DNA from: Acidimicrobiia bacterium | GTDB lineage: Bacteria > Actinomycetota > Acidimicrobiia > Acidimicrobiales > JANYDT01 | Assembly: GCA_031383405.1 (NCBI GenBank) | Contig: JANMZO010000022.1 | Location: 1,544 to 65,543, forward strand | DNA: 64,000 bases | Direction of reading: 5' to 3' | In this document: piece by piece, positions 18,612 to 28,954 of the stretch | How the letters are laid out: each line of letters begins with the position of its first letter | Position numbering within the stretch: position 1 is the first letter of the stretch | Notes under the pieces: model-generated | What the model was told of the DNA's origin: nothing | The model's database searches: none | The model's input: only the letters and a program-made list of their open reading frames with translations | Translations under genes and position numbers: made by a program

Positions 18612-19480
18612 CCGAACCGGCGGCCGACGCACGATCCCTTCTGAACGGGGCCACCCGGGTATGCGGGGTGATTGGAGATCCGGTCGGTCACTCTCTCTCA
18701 CCGGCTCTGCACAATGCCGGATACGCCGCGCTCGGGCTCGATTTTGTCTACGTCGCGTTCGCTGTGAGTCGCGACCTCGGCCGCGGAGCCGTTGACGCCA
18801 TGCGCTCGTTGCAGTTGGCCGGGCTTTCGGTGACGATGCCCCACAAAGACACCATCGCCCGCTTCGCCGATGAGGTGTCGGACGACGTGGCCATGCTGGG
18901 GTCCGGTAATACGCTGCGCTGGGTGAATAACCGGATCCGGGCCGAAACCACAGACGGGCCCGGCTGCATCACCGCGCTTCGTGAGGGCGGTGCCGATCCC
19001 GCGGGGAGGCGGGTCATGGTGCTCGGTGCCGGTGGGGCCGGGCGAGCCGTCATCCATGCCGCGGCCAACGCCGGGGCCCGGGAAATCATCGTCGTCAACC
19101 GCAGCGTCGAGCGGGCCGAGGCCGCCCTTCTCCTGACCAACGGCATAGGTCGGGTGGGCTCGGCCGACGAAGCCGACACATGCGACATCATCGTCAATGC
19201 CACGTCGATCGGGATGGGGCCTCCCGCCCCGGGCGACGCTGCGGTCGCGCTGCCACTCGATCCGGCCCGCCTCGGACCCGGGCAGTACGTCAACGATCTG
19301 ATCTATCACCCGCTGGTCACATCACTCATGATCAGGGCGGCCGAACGCGGTGTGACGGTGATTGGTGGTGTGGGCATGCTGCTCCACCAGGCTGCGCTCC
19401 AGTTCACCTTCTTCACGGGTGAACCCGCCCCCATAGAGGCGATGCGATCCGCGGTCCAGCAGCACTTGGCGAGCCGGTAA
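18608..19480 (+). CDS. aroE: shikimate dehydrogenase
   Basis: 290 aa with GVIGDPVGHSLSPALHNA and NAD(P)-binding VLGAGGAGRA. The GTG overlaps the mltG stop. Confidence 0.85.
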   Translation: MTEPAADARSLLNGATRVCGVIGDPVGHSLSPALHNAGYAALGLDFVYVAFAVSRDLGRGAVDAMRSLQLAGLSVTMPHKDTIARFADEVSDDVAMLGSGNTLRWVNNRIRAETTDGPGCITALREGGADPAGRRVMVLGAGGAGRAVIHAAANAGAREIIVVNRSVERAEAALLLTNGIGRVGSADEADTCDIIVNATSIGMGPPAPGDAAVALPLDPARLGPGQYVNDLIYHPLVTSLMIRAAERGVTVIGGVGMLLHQAALQFTFFTGEPAPIEAMRSAVQQHLASR

Positions 19481-19494
19481 CAGGTCCTACGATC

Positions 19495-19538
19495 CGAAAC
19501 GCCGGATTCGAAAACGCCGGATTCGAAAACGCCGGAAT
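19495..19538. repeat. 15-bp tandem repeat x3 (cgaaaacgccggatt)
   Basis: Read directly from the sequence. It is intergenic, between aroE and the prepilin peptidase. Confidence 0.9.
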
Positions 19539-19600
19539 CAGGTGTCAGGCCGTTAGCGCTAGTGGACCGCTAGTCTCGGCGGCGTGATCGGAGTCTGTTC

Positions 19601-20380
19601 ATGACGGGAACTGTCGGCGGAGCGTTGGTTGGCGGGCTCATCGGGTTCGTCGCGTCGCCGGCGGTATCGGTCCTCACGACCCGTCCTCCACTGCTCGATG
19701 CCAAAGAGCTTCCAAGCCTGAAGTTTCGGTGCGACAGTTGCGGCTCGGCGCTGAAAGCGATGGATTCGGTTCCGCTTGTTTCGTTTGTGATTCGACGCGG
19801 CCGCTGTCGTCTCTGCGGCGGGCGTATCAGCCGATGGGACTTCGCAGCGGAAATCCTGTCGGTCGTTGTCGGGGCTCTCGTGGGGTGGCGGGTGGGGTTG
19901 GTGCGCGAGCTTCCCGCTTTCCTGGTCCTCGGCCTCGTCAGTGTCATCGTGCTGCTGGTTGACGCCCGGCTGCACAAGATTGCGACTCGCCTGATCTACC
20001 CGGCCACTGCGCTTGGGTTTGTGCTGCTCGCATTCGCCGGGCTCACGGGCGGACGTCGCGGAGACGTACTCGTTGCCGCACTGGGTGGCGTCGCAGCGAG
20101 CGCCTTCATCTGGTTTCTCGTCCTCGTCTACCCGGCCGGTATGGGTGACGGTGACGCCAGGCTCGTACTGTTTCTCGGCATGTTTCTCGGTTGGTTCGGC
20201 TGGAGATATGTGTACCTAGGACTCACGGCCGGGTTTCTTCTCGGGTCCGTCTTCGGACTCGGAATCGCCGTAGTCAAAAGGACCGGCCGGAAAACGAAGT
20301 TCGCGTTCGGGCCCTACCTCTGTGCCGGTGCCCTCTTCGTTGTACTTTGGCCCGGCATATTCTCGTCGTACATGCAGTAA
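19601..20380 (+). CDS. A24 family prepilin peptidase
   Basis: 259 aa and polytopic. It has a Cys-rich N-terminal loop (CDSCGSAL...CRLCGG), an active-site-like MGDGDARL and a C-terminal FGPYLCAGALF. Confidence 0.8.
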   Translation: MTGTVGGALVGGLIGFVASPAVSVLTTRPPLLDAKELPSLKFRCDSCGSALKAMDSVPLVSFVIRRGRCRLCGGRISRWDFAAEILSVVVGALVGWRVGLVRELPAFLVLGLVSVIVLLVDARLHKIATRLIYPATALGFVLLAFAGLTGGRRGDVLVAALGGVAASAFIWFLVLVYPAGMGDGDARLVLFLGMFLGWFGWRYVYLGLTAGFLLGSVFGLGIAVVKRTGRKTKFAFGPYLCAGALFVVLWPGIFSSYMQ

Positions 20381-20438
20381 GTCCGCTCAGCAACGACCTG
20401 CCCGGTTATTGCCGTCGAGTCATACGAGTCATCCTAGA

Positions 20439-21605
20439 ATGACCCTTGTGCTTCGCTACCTCACTGCCGGAGAATCTCACGGTCAAGCGTTGACGGTGAT
20501 CATGGAAGGCGTTCCCGCCGGCCTGTCAATCACGGTCGAGGAGATTCAGGCGGAACTCGGCCGGCGCCGTCTGGGCTACGGGCGTGGACCCCGAATGCGC
20601 TTCGAACAAGACGAGGTGACGTTGCTCGGAGGGGTCCGTCATGGTCACACGCTGGGCTCGCCGGTGAGCATCCAGATCGGTAACACCGAGTGGCCGAAAT
20701 GGCAGGACGAGATGAGCCCGGCTCCCGGGGTGACGACCAAGCCGCTCACAAAGCCCCGTCCCGGGCACGCCGACCTTACCGGCATGCAGAAATATGGCTT
20801 CACCGATGCACGCGATGTGCTCGAGCGCGCTAGCGCCCGGGAAACCGCCGCCCGCTGCGCCGCCGGCGCAGTTGCCAAAGCGCTCATGGCGACCGTCGGA
20901 ACACAGATCATCAGCCATGTGATCCAGATGGGCCCGGCCCGAAGTAAGGCAACCGCGCGTCCGCAGCCGAGCGATCTCAGGCAGGTAGATGAATCGGCCG
21001 TACGGTGCTTCGACACGGCCGCCGAACTCGAGATGATCGACGAGATCAAAGCTGCAGCGAAAGACGGCGACAGCCTCGGCGGCATTGTGGAAGTGCTCGG
21101 GTACGGCGTTCCTGTCGGCCTCGGCAGTCATGTGCACTGGGACCGCAAGCTCGACTCGCTCCTCGCTGCGGCGCTTATGAGCATCCAAGCCGTCAAGGGC
21201 GTGGAGATCGGAGACGGTTTCGAAGTGGCCGGTCGCCGTGGCAGCCTGGCCCACGACCCAATCGTTTGGAACCCGGCGACGCAGCAGTACCGTCGCGAGT
21301 CGAGCTTGGCCGGCGGCACGGAAGGCGGTATGTCGACCGGTGAACTACTCGTCGCCCGGGTGGCCATGAAGCCCCTCGCCACGCTCAACAAGCCGACGCT
21401 CGCCACCGTCGACATGGCGACGAAGGAGGCAACCGTCAGCTTCAAAGAGCGCACGGATGTGACCGCGGTTCCGGCCATGGGTGTCGTCGCCGAAACGATG
21501 GTGGCGCTGGTGCTGGCCGGCGAGGCGCTGCGAAAGTTCGGTGGCGATTCCCTCAGCGAGTTCGTCCGCAACCATGACTCGTTCGTCCGCTCGCTCAACC
21601 CCTGA
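20439..21605 (+). CDS. aroC: chorismate synthase
   Basis: The ATG at 20439 gives MTLVLRYLTAGESHGQAL. The start could be a few codons later. Confidence 0.95.
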   Translation: MTLVLRYLTAGESHGQALTVIMEGVPAGLSITVEEIQAELGRRRLGYGRGPRMRFEQDEVTLLGGVRHGHTLGSPVSIQIGNTEWPKWQDEMSPAPGVTTKPLTKPRPGHADLTGMQKYGFTDARDVLERASARETAARCAAGAVAKALMATVGTQIISHVIQMGPARSKATARPQPSDLRQVDESAVRCFDTAAELEMIDEIKAAAKDGDSLGGIVEVLGYGVPVGLGSHVHWDRKLDSLLAAALMSIQAVKGVEIGDGFEVAGRRGSLAHDPIVWNPATQQYRRESSLAGGTEGGMSTGELLVARVAMKPLATLNKPTLATVDMATKEATVSFKERTDVTAVPAMGVVAETMVALVLAGEALRKFGGDSLSEFVRNHDSFVRSLNP

Positions 21606-21619
21606 CGGTTCGGCGTTCG

Positions 21620-22285
21620 ATGACTGACGTACGCACGGTCGGAGCGGCAACGGTCAGCGCGGCAACGGTCGGAGCGGAAACGGTCGGAGCGGAAACGGTC
21701 AGAGCGGAAACGGTCGGTGAATTTCTGGGAAGCCCGGTTGTCGGGTCGGTGGCGGTCGGTTCGGCACCATGGTCACGACACATTGTCCTCGTCGGCATGA
21801 TGGCCTCGGGGAAGACGACTGTCGGCCGCTTTCTGGCCGCCCAACTCGACCGGCAGTTGCTCGATCTCGACTCGGTCCTGGTCGAAGGCATGGGCATGTC
21901 GATTTCCGAAGCCTTCGATTTGCACGGGGAAGCGTGGTTTCGCTCCCAGGAATCGGCGGCGTTGGTCGAGGTTCTCCGACGGCCTGAACCGACGATCGTG
22001 TCCCCGGGGGGTGGTGTTGTGCTGGCGGCCAGAAACCGGGAGGTTCTGAAGCGCTCAGCCCGTAACGTATGGCTGCGGGCCACCCCGGAAACGATCATCC
22101 GGCGGGTCGGATCGGGCTCGGGGCGTCCACTTCTGGCCGGAAATACCGAGGACCGGGTCCGACGCATCGACGCCGAGCGCCGCGGACTCTACGCTGAGGT
22201 CGCAACGGTGGTGGTCGACGTCGACGACCTCACAACGCCACAGATCGCCGAGTGTATACGCGCCGCGTTCCACGATCTCTGCTGA
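21620..22285 (+). CDS. aroK: shikimate kinase (start uncertain)
   Basis: The P-loop is VGMMASGKTTVGR. The ORF from ATG 21620 adds roughly 50 aa made of 15-bp repeats, and an internal GTG near 21748 is an alternative start. Confidence 0.8.
   Translation: MTDVRTVGAATVSAATVGAETVGAETVRAETVGEFLGSPVVGSVAVGSAPWSRHIVLVGMMASGKTTVGRFLAAQLDRQLLDLDSVLVEGMGMSISEAFDLHGEAWFRSQESAALVEVLRRPEPTIVSPGGGVVLAARNREVLKRSARNVWLRATPETIIRRVGSGSGRPLLAGNTEDRVRRIDAERRGLYAEVATVVVDVDDLTTPQIAECIRAAFHDLC
21635..21717 (+). repeat. 15-bp tandem repeat x5.5 (acggtcggagcggMa)
   Basis: Read directly from the sequence. It translates in frame as TVGAA TVSAA TVGAE TVGAE TVRAE TVG. Confidence 0.95.
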
Positions 22286-22579
22286 AGGACTTCGGCCGTG
22301 AGATACGCTTCCACGGTTTCGCGACCATAGGTTCCGGCTACCGACGACTGGGTGCCTATACCCCATCACCGGGGTGTGGATCGGTTGCGTCTTCGTGGAT
22401 CCCCGATGTGTATCAGCCGACGCTCAGATGGCCAGATGTGCGGTAAACCTACGGGATTTGACCGGGCGACAGACCCGATAGGCGATAGCCAGCGGGATAA
22501 CAAGGGTAAGCGAAGAACGCCGCTCTCGGTGGTCTTGCGTGGCAAGATGCACAGACAAGTTCATAGGGAAGGCCGCGCA

Positions 22580-25500
22580 ATGCAATCGACGGAAAACCGC
22601 CGTACACCTAAAGCGAAACGAACATCGGCCAGGCATCGTCGGCGGTCGCTGCTGCAGTTCGGGCTTGGGATCGTGACGGCGGTCGGCATAACGGCCGTTG
22701 GCTTCCCCTTTGTGGCCTCGGGCCAATCGTCGTCGGGCCCATCCTCGGGTCAGACGGTCCAAGCTTTCGCTGCGGCGCCCGCCACTTCCACCACCACGAA
22801 GGCAACCTCTGAGGTTCGAAAGCCCAGCTACGGCGACGTTGACACCGCCCGGAGCACGGCTGCGTTGACGGTGGTGCTCGCAGCCCCGTCGGGCGCCCTT
22901 CGCTCGACGAGTTCGGCAAGTGAGATACGTTGGATTTTTGATCGCCCCGTGACCCAACTCGGCGCAATTGACAAACAACTGGATCCGAAGAAGTACGTTT
23001 CGATCACACCGAACCTCGATGGCAAGTTCCGATGGGTGTCGACGCGTGCCCTCGTTTTTGAACCAACCTCGGTTCCGGGTTCATCGACGTACACTGTCAC
23101 CCTCGCGGCCGGGTTCCCGGCCATCGATGGCACGAGCCTCGCCGAGCCCAAGGTGACGAGATTCTCCACCCCGACGATTTCGTGCTCGCTGGTCGACACC
23201 CAACTTCCGCGGGTCCGGGTCCACTGCGACCAGCCATCTACGATCAAATCCGTAGGCGCGCATACGGTCATCGAATACTTGCGCCTCGAATCTGATTCCG
23301 GCGACTCGTTCGCTACTCAGTACCGTCCGGCCGCCACCGACCTGGCCACGATGAAAAAGATCGACCCGGCCGGAACTGCGGCACTCGAAAAGGTGATTGC
23401 CCGGCTCGATTCGGCCAAGGAGGTTGTGGCCACCCACGGGGTCCGCATCGTGCGTGAGGAGTTATGCGACGCAACGAAGGACCCGTCAGTCGACAACACC
23501 TGCTTCGTTTTTGAAGGTATCCGTCCTGTAGTGCTCGATACCGTGGCCCGCCTCAAGTTCTCGGCCGGGACCGTTACCTCCGAAGGTCCGCTCCTCGGAA
23601 AAGCCTCGGTCGATGGTCGTATTCCAACCGAGCGTTCCCCCCTTGTCGTCATGAACGCCTGCTCGAAGAACTGCAACCCCGAAAGCTACTTCGGACTGGA
23701 AATGGCCGGCGACGGGTTTTCACCCTTGGGTCTCGATGGAGCGATCACCGTGAAGGACATCGGAGCGAAGAAGTCGGTGACCTACCGGATCCCGGCCGAC
23801 CTGACCATCAAATCCGAAGACGACGTCGACTCGTTGCCCGGCAATCTCCGTTACCCGCTGTCGCTTTCATGGGCTGGCATCAAACCTCTGCGGACCTATG
23901 AAGTGAGTGTCTCGCCGAAGGCCCGAAACATCTCCGGCCGCGGCCTCGGCTACACCGCCGTTCGCACGTTCTCTCTCGGCAACTACCCGGCGTTCGCGTT
24001 CATTTCCGGTGGCGAGCAGGTCGTCGAGTCCGAGGTCAACGGCTTGCGGCTCCGCTCGCGCAACACCACCGAAGTTGATGAGATTGTTTCCCGCGTGGAC
24101 AGGGGAGACCTTGTTGCGCAAATACGGGCCTACGCCGGAACCTCGACCGATCCCCTCGACCTCAACAAGGTCGGTTCGTCGAAGGTTACGCTGACCCCGA
24201 AGACGAACTACTCAGCGAGTTCGGTCGTGCCGTTCCCTGACAAGAAGCCGGGCGTGTTTCTGGTAGCGGTGAGGGCAAGAAAGTACGTCGGGAAGAGTCG
24301 TTACAACGACCAGGGTTACCAGTGGAACGGGTCCGATCAGAACGCGGCGGATGAAGCGGCCAAGTCGGCTAAGGGCACGGGAGCATACGGGGATGGTTGG
24401 TCGAGCGCGCTTGTGCAGCGAACGGATCTCGCCGTGACGCTGAAGCGCTCGGAGAGCAACGTTGTCGTGGTGGTCACAAGCCTGGCCGACGCGAAGCCGG
24501 TGAAGGGCGCCGAGGTGTCGCTCTACGATTCCGACGACCATCCGTACTGGACCGGAAAGACCGGTGAGGAAGGCATCGTCGAAGGCAAGGTATCCAAGAA
24601 CAAAGCTTGTGCGTCCGGCTGTGATGTGGTCGCGGTCGTCCAACACGATGGTGATATCGCGTATGCCCTCAGCTACTGGCGTGACTGGGGCGATGACGTT
24701 CGCTACAGCGACGTGAGCGACTCGTCGGCGCCCGACTCCTCCGGCGGTTCCGAAGCCGACCTCGTCGACACCCAAGCGCCTACCACCGTGGCCGAAGACG
24801 CGGCCCCCACGCTTGCGCCGGGTGTCCACCGGATCGGGGCCGTGTTTGCCGACCGGGGCGTCTACAAGGTCGGTGAGGTAGTCAACATCAAGGGGTACCT
24901 GCGAAATGAAACATTACGTGAACTTACCTTTCCCGACGGTGTGAAGAAGGCGACTGTCACGGTCACCGACCCACGCAATACCGTGATCGCGTCCAACAAG
25001 GTCGACGTTTCTTCCAGTGGCGCTTTCGACACCACGGTCACTGTCCCGACCGCTGCCGTACAAGGCGACTACAGCATCGCGGTTGACAACACGTTCACCT
25101 CCTTCCTCGTTACGACGTTCCGCAAACCCGACTTCGTCGTAGACGTCAAAGCCACGCCGGGTTCGGTCGTGCGCGGCAAGTCGATCAGCTTCGATGTCAC
25201 GGGTCGCTATCTCTACGGGTCCCCAATGACGGGTGATCCGCTGAATGCGAGCTACTCCGCCAACTACCTCACCATCAACCCTCTGGCCGACATTCGCGGC
25301 CCGCAGTACCAGGGCTTCACATGGACATTCACGTGTGAGTACGCGCAGACGGCCGACACGCCCGACCCTGATGCCACCTCCGGCGATGAGTGTTACGACT
25401 CCGCAGGAGGCGATCTGAGCGGCCAGAACTCCGCGACGCTAGACACTGCCGGACACTACGTCGAGACCATCCAGGCGCCGGTGCGCAGCAAGCGTCACTA

Positions 25501-28500
25501 CCCGGTCGGGCTCGGCTACGAGGCCAACGTCAGCGATGTAAGTCGCCAGTCATTCGCGGGTCGAACATCGGCGATCGTTCACCCGGGTGAGTACTACGTG
25601 GGCGTCCGTCAGAAGGAGTACTTCACCACCTCCAAGAAGCCGATGGTGATCGACCTCATCGCGGGATCGCCCGACGGCAAAGTTGTAACCGGAGCAAACG
25701 TGACCGTCGATCTTTTCCGGTGGGACTACGTCACGACGAAGCGCAAGAACGACGACGACACCGTGACGACGGTCGGTACCTGGAAATCGACACAAGCCGG
25801 CACCGCGAAGGCAAAGACCGCGGGCCAGCCGGTGTCGGTTTCGTTCACCCCGGATAAGGCGGGCACCTATGAGGTCAGGGCCCATGCCAAGGACGCTTCC
25901 GGCAACTATCTCGAATCGGGCTTTTCGACCTATGTGCTCGGACCGGACTTCGTGCCGTGGTACACCGACGACTCCCAGCCGCAACTCACGATGATCGCCG
26001 ACAAGGCGTCGTACAAGCCGGGTGACAAGGCCCGCATCCTCATCCAGTCACCGTTCTCAAAAGCCACCGGCCTGCTTACCATCGAGCGCAATGGTGTTAT
26101 GGAGCACCGCCGTTTCGACGTCAACAGTTCGGCCACGTCGGTCGAGATTCCAATCACGGATGAATACACGCCCAATGTCTATGCCAGTGTGACCTTGTTC
26201 AAGGGCCGCACGGGTGCCCCGAGCAAGACCGACCCGTCGGACCCGAACCGCCCGCAGGTGCAGACCGGAACACTCAACCTTTCCGTTCCACCGAAGACAA
26301 AGGAACTTTCGGTGAGCGTCGAAACTGATAAGCGCGAGTATCTTCCTGCTGCCGATGCGTCGGCGACGGTGAAGGTTGTCGATGCCAAGGGTCAGCCGGC
26401 GAAGGGAGAGGTGACGCTGTGGGCGGTCGACGAGGGCGTCCTTCGCCTCACCAACTACACGGCACCCGATCTGCTCACCATGATGTACCCGGGTCGCTCG
26501 CTGAGCGTCGACACCGCCGACAGCCGAATGCGGCTGGTCGCGCGTAACCGCGACGATGAGAAGGGTGGCGTCGACGGTGCTGCCCCCGCACCGGGTGGCG
26601 GTGGAGGCGACGAAGAAGCCACGGTGGCGGAGGGTATACGCACCGACTTCCGCACCCTCGCCGCCTGGTCGGCCACCGTGAAGGTCGGCGACAACGGCAT
26701 AGCTGTGGTGCCGATGAAGTTGCCGGAATCCCTCACGGAGTACCGCGTGATCGCGGTTGCTATCAGCGGTGCCGACCGTTTCGGCACCGGTAAGAGCAGC
26801 CTCACGATCCGCAAGCCGTTCCTCGCCCTGGCGGCACTGCCCCGCTCGGTCAACATCGGAGACACCTTCGAAGCCGGCGCGACGCTCCGCAATCAAACCG
26901 GCACGGCTGCGCCTGCGACATTGACGATTGATCTTCCGGCCGACTCGCCGCTCGTGGTCGATGGCCCGAAGACACTGACCGCTTCCGCTCTCGGCGACGT
27001 TCCGACCGAGCTCCGGTTCAAGTTCCGTGCGCTGAAGACCGGCACCGCGACGTTCAATCTGAAGGCCAAGCTGGCCGACGGAGTCGGTGCCGAGCGTAAC
27101 GACGCGCTCCGTGCCTCGATACCGGTCACCGTTACGCGTCGGCTGGAAACCGTTGCGACCTCGGGCACGGTGTCGGCCGGTGGAAAGCCTGATCTGGAGC
27201 CGATCACCGTTCCCGCGGGGGTTTACGGTGACCTCGGATCGCTCGAAATCACCGCCTCGTCAAGTGCCCTTGCCGGTCTGCAAAACGGCATCACGCAGCT
27301 CGCCGAGTACCCCTACGGTTGTGTGGAACAGCGGTCGTCCCGCATCCGGGTGTTGCTTGACCTGGCTGCGCTGGCCGAGAAGTATCCGCTACCGGGCGTC
27401 AAGACCGGCAACATCAAGACGGTCGTCCAGGAGCAGATCAATCTCCTGCGCACGTATCAAACCGACACCGGCGGCCTCGCGTACTGGCCGGGTGATACGT
27501 ATGCCGACCAGTTCATCTCGCCCCGCGTGTTCCTTCTTCTCCTGGATGCCAAAGACGCCGGCTACAAGATCCCCGCGGGCATGATGGAGCAGTTGCAGTC
27601 CTATCTGATTGAAATGGCCAGGGGTGAGCGCAGCGACAGCTTCGTCGATTCGTCCCTCCCGAACCAGGCTCAGGTGGCCTGGGCGCTGGCCCGGGCGGGG
27701 CACCCCGAATCCGGCCTCGTCGACTTCCTCTACGAAAAGCGCTTCGAGCTCTCGTTCCTGGAGCGGGTTCATCTCCTTCATGCCATGTTGGAAGCCGGGG
27801 AGAAGGGCAAGCGCCCGAACTCGCTGTTTGGCGATCTCACCTCAAGCGTGCGAACCGATGGCGGGCGGGCCATGGTCGAGGAAGACTTCGATTGGGCCAA
27901 TTGGCCCAGCTTGAGTTACCTCGACGGCGGTCGTTCCCATGACACGGCGGCGTTCCTGTCGTTGCTCGTTCGTATCGACGCCAGCCACCCGTTGGTGACT
28001 CAGTTGGCGGCCGGGCTTCTGTCGCAACGCCGCAACGGGACGTGGGACAACACGTTGGAGAGTGGCTATGCGTTGAAGGCACTTCTCGACGTGTCGCGCT
28101 ACGCGGAGAAGACGACGCCCGACTTCACGGCGAAGATCGCCATCGGAACATCCAAGTTGATGGATCAGAGGTTCGCCGGGTCGGATCTCTCGGTCGTCGG
28201 CTCTTCGACGCCGATGGCAAAGCTAAGCACACTTAGTAAGCCTGGCACCGCCAGCCAACTGAGTATCTCGGCCGAGGGGAAGGGCACGTTGCACTGGGCG
28301 GCTTCGCTGCGATACGCGCCGAACCTGGCGTCGTTGAAGCCGCTTGATCAAGGTCTCACGGTCGAGCGTCGGTACTTCCCGTTCACCAAGACCGAGTACG
28401 ACAAATCCGGAAACCTGATCCTCCCTCCGGCGAGCACGTCGTTCAAGGCGGGTGACCTGGTCCGCGTCGTCATCAAGGTGTCCACGCCACTCGCCCGCAC

Positions 28501-28948
28501 GAACCTCGCGGTCGACGACCCGCTGCCCGCCGGACTCGAAGCCCTCAACGCGTCTCTCGCGTCCACGTCGCAGGCTGATGTCGGCGAGGGCGATACCGCC
28601 GGGGACGACGGCAACGGAGCTTCGGCCTACGACCGGGTCGAGATCGGCAACGACCGGGTGCTGTTCTTTGCGAACCAGTTTTCAGCGGGCGAGCACGTGA
28701 CGTCGTACATCGCCCGTGCCACCGCGCCAGGCACGTTCGTCGTCGCTCCGACCCAGGCCGAAGACATGTACCGCCCCGACGTGTTCGGCCGCAACGGAAC
28801 CGCCACCATCGTGATTGCGCCCCCGGTCGGAAAGGCTGCGGCGCCCGTGTCGACCGTGGCGCCCGTATCGACCGTATCGCCCGTGTCGACCGCCAAAGTG
28901 GCCTCGACACCGGCGTCGGCCGGGGTCACCACGACGACGAAAAAGTAA
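22580..28948 (+). CDS. bacterial alpha-2-macroglobulin family protein (thioester-containing)
   Basis: The ATG at 22580 follows agggaagg. 2122 aa. The N-terminus has a basic RRRSLL stretch then a hydrophobic segment. The thioester motif EYPYGCVEQ sits at 27320-27331 (CVEQ), flanked by many MG-like beta-rich repeats. The next gene is a PBP1C, which is the known pairing. Confidence 0.85.
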   Translation: MQSTENRRTPKAKRTSARHRRRSLLQFGLGIVTAVGITAVGFPFVASGQSSSGPSSGQTVQAFAAAPATSTTTKATSEVRKPSYGDVDTARSTAALTVVLAAPSGALRSTSSASEIRWIFDRPVTQLGAIDKQLDPKKYVSITPNLDGKFRWVSTRALVFEPTSVPGSSTYTVTLAAGFPAIDGTSLAEPKVTRFSTPTISCSLVDTQLPRVRVHCDQPSTIKSVGAHTVIEYLRLESDSGDSFATQYRPAATDLATMKKIDPAGTAALEKVIARLDSAKEVVATHGVRIVREELCDATKDPSVDNTCFVFEGIRPVVLDTVARLKFSAGTVTSEGPLLGKASVDGRIPTERSPLVVMNACSKNCNPESYFGLEMAGDGFSPLGLDGAITVKDIGAKKSVTYRIPADLTIKSEDDVDSLPGNLRYPLSLSWAGIKPLRTYEVSVSPKARNISGRGLGYTAVRTFSLGNYPAFAFISGGEQVVESEVNGLRLRSRNTTEVDEIVSRVDRGDLVAQIRAYAGTSTDPLDLNKVGSSKVTLTPKTNYSASSVVPFPDKKPGVFLVAVRARKYVGKSRYNDQGYQWNGSDQNAADEAAKSAKGTGAYGDGWSSALVQRTDLAVTLKRSESNVVVVVTSLADAKPVKGAEVSLYDSDDHPYWTGKTGEEGIVEGKVSKNKACASGCDVVAVVQHDGDIAYALSYWRDWGDDVRYSDVSDSSAPDSSGGSEADLVDTQAPTTVAEDAAPTLAPGVHRIGAVFADRGVYKVGEVVNIKGYLRNETLRELTFPDGVKKATVTVTDPRNTVIASNKVDVSSSGAFDTTVTVPTAAVQGDYSIAVDNTFTSFLVTTFRKPDFVVDVKATPGSVVRGKSISFDVTGRYLYGSPMTGDPLNASYSANYLTINPLADIRGPQYQGFTWTFTCEYAQTADTPDPDATSGDECYDSAGGDLSGQNSATLDTAGHYVETIQAPVRSKRHYPVGLGYEANVSDVSRQSFAGRTSAIVHPGEYYVGVRQKEYFTTSKKPMVIDLIAGSPDGKVVTGANVTVDLFRWDYVTTKRKNDDDTVTTVGTWKSTQAGTAKAKTAGQPVSVSFTPDKAGTYEVRAHAKDASGNYLESGFSTYVLGPDFVPWYTDDSQPQLTMIADKASYKPGDKARILIQSPFSKATGLLTIERNGVMEHRRFDVNSSATSVEIPITDEYTPNVYASVTLFKGRTGAPSKTDPSDPNRPQVQTGTLNLSVPPKTKELSVSVETDKREYLPAADASATVKVVDAKGQPAKGEVTLWAVDEGVLRLTNYTAPDLLTMMYPGRSLSVDTADSRMRLVARNRDDEKGGVDGAAPAPGGGGGDEEATVAEGIRTDFRTLAAWSATVKVGDNGIAVVPMKLPESLTEYRVIAVAISGADRFGTGKSSLTIRKPFLALAALPRSVNIGDTFEAGATLRNQTGTAAPATLTIDLPADSPLVVDGPKTLTASALGDVPTELRFKFRALKTGTATFNLKAKLADGVGAERNDALRASIPVTVTRRLETVATSGTVSAGGKPDLEPITVPAGVYGDLGSLEITASSSALAGLQNGITQLAEYPYGCVEQRSSRIRVLLDLAALAEKYPLPGVKTGNIKTVVQEQINLLRTYQTDTGGLAYWPGDTYADQFISPRVFLLLLDAKDAGYKIPAGMMEQLQSYLIEMARGERSDSFVDSSLPNQAQVAWALARAGHPESGLVDFLYEKRFELSFLERVHLLHAMLEAGEKGKRPNSLFGDLTSSVRTDGGRAMVEEDFDWANWPSLSYLDGGRSHDTAAFLSLLVRIDASHPLVTQLAAGLLSQRRNGTWDNTLESGYALKALLDVSRYAEKTTPDFTAKIAIGTSKLMDQRFAGSDLSVVGSSTPMAKLSTLSKPGTASQLSISAEGKGTLHWAASLRYAPNLASLKPLDQGLTVERRYFPFTKTEYDKSGNLILPPASTSFKAGDLVRVVIKVSTPLARTNLAVDDPLPAGLEALNASLASTSQADVGEGDTAGDDGNGASAYDRVEIGNDRVLFFANQFSAGEHVTSYIARATAPGTFVVAPTQAEDMYRPDVFGRNGTATIVIAPPVGKAAAPVSTVAPVSTVSPVSTAKVASTPASAGVTTTTKK
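28841..28894 (+). repeat. 18-bp tandem repeat x3, in frame (APVSTV x3) at the A2M C-terminus
   Basis: Read directly from the sequence: gcgcccgtgtcgaccgtg / gcgcccgtatcgaccgta / tcgcccgtgtcgaccgcc. Confidence 0.9.
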
Positions 28949-28954
28949 GCGTGC

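Noticed and set aside
21635-21717. Whether this and the other short tandem arrays are CRISPR arrays.
   Set aside because: The repeats are directly adjacent with no unique spacers, the units are 9-18 bp, and no cas genes are in the window.
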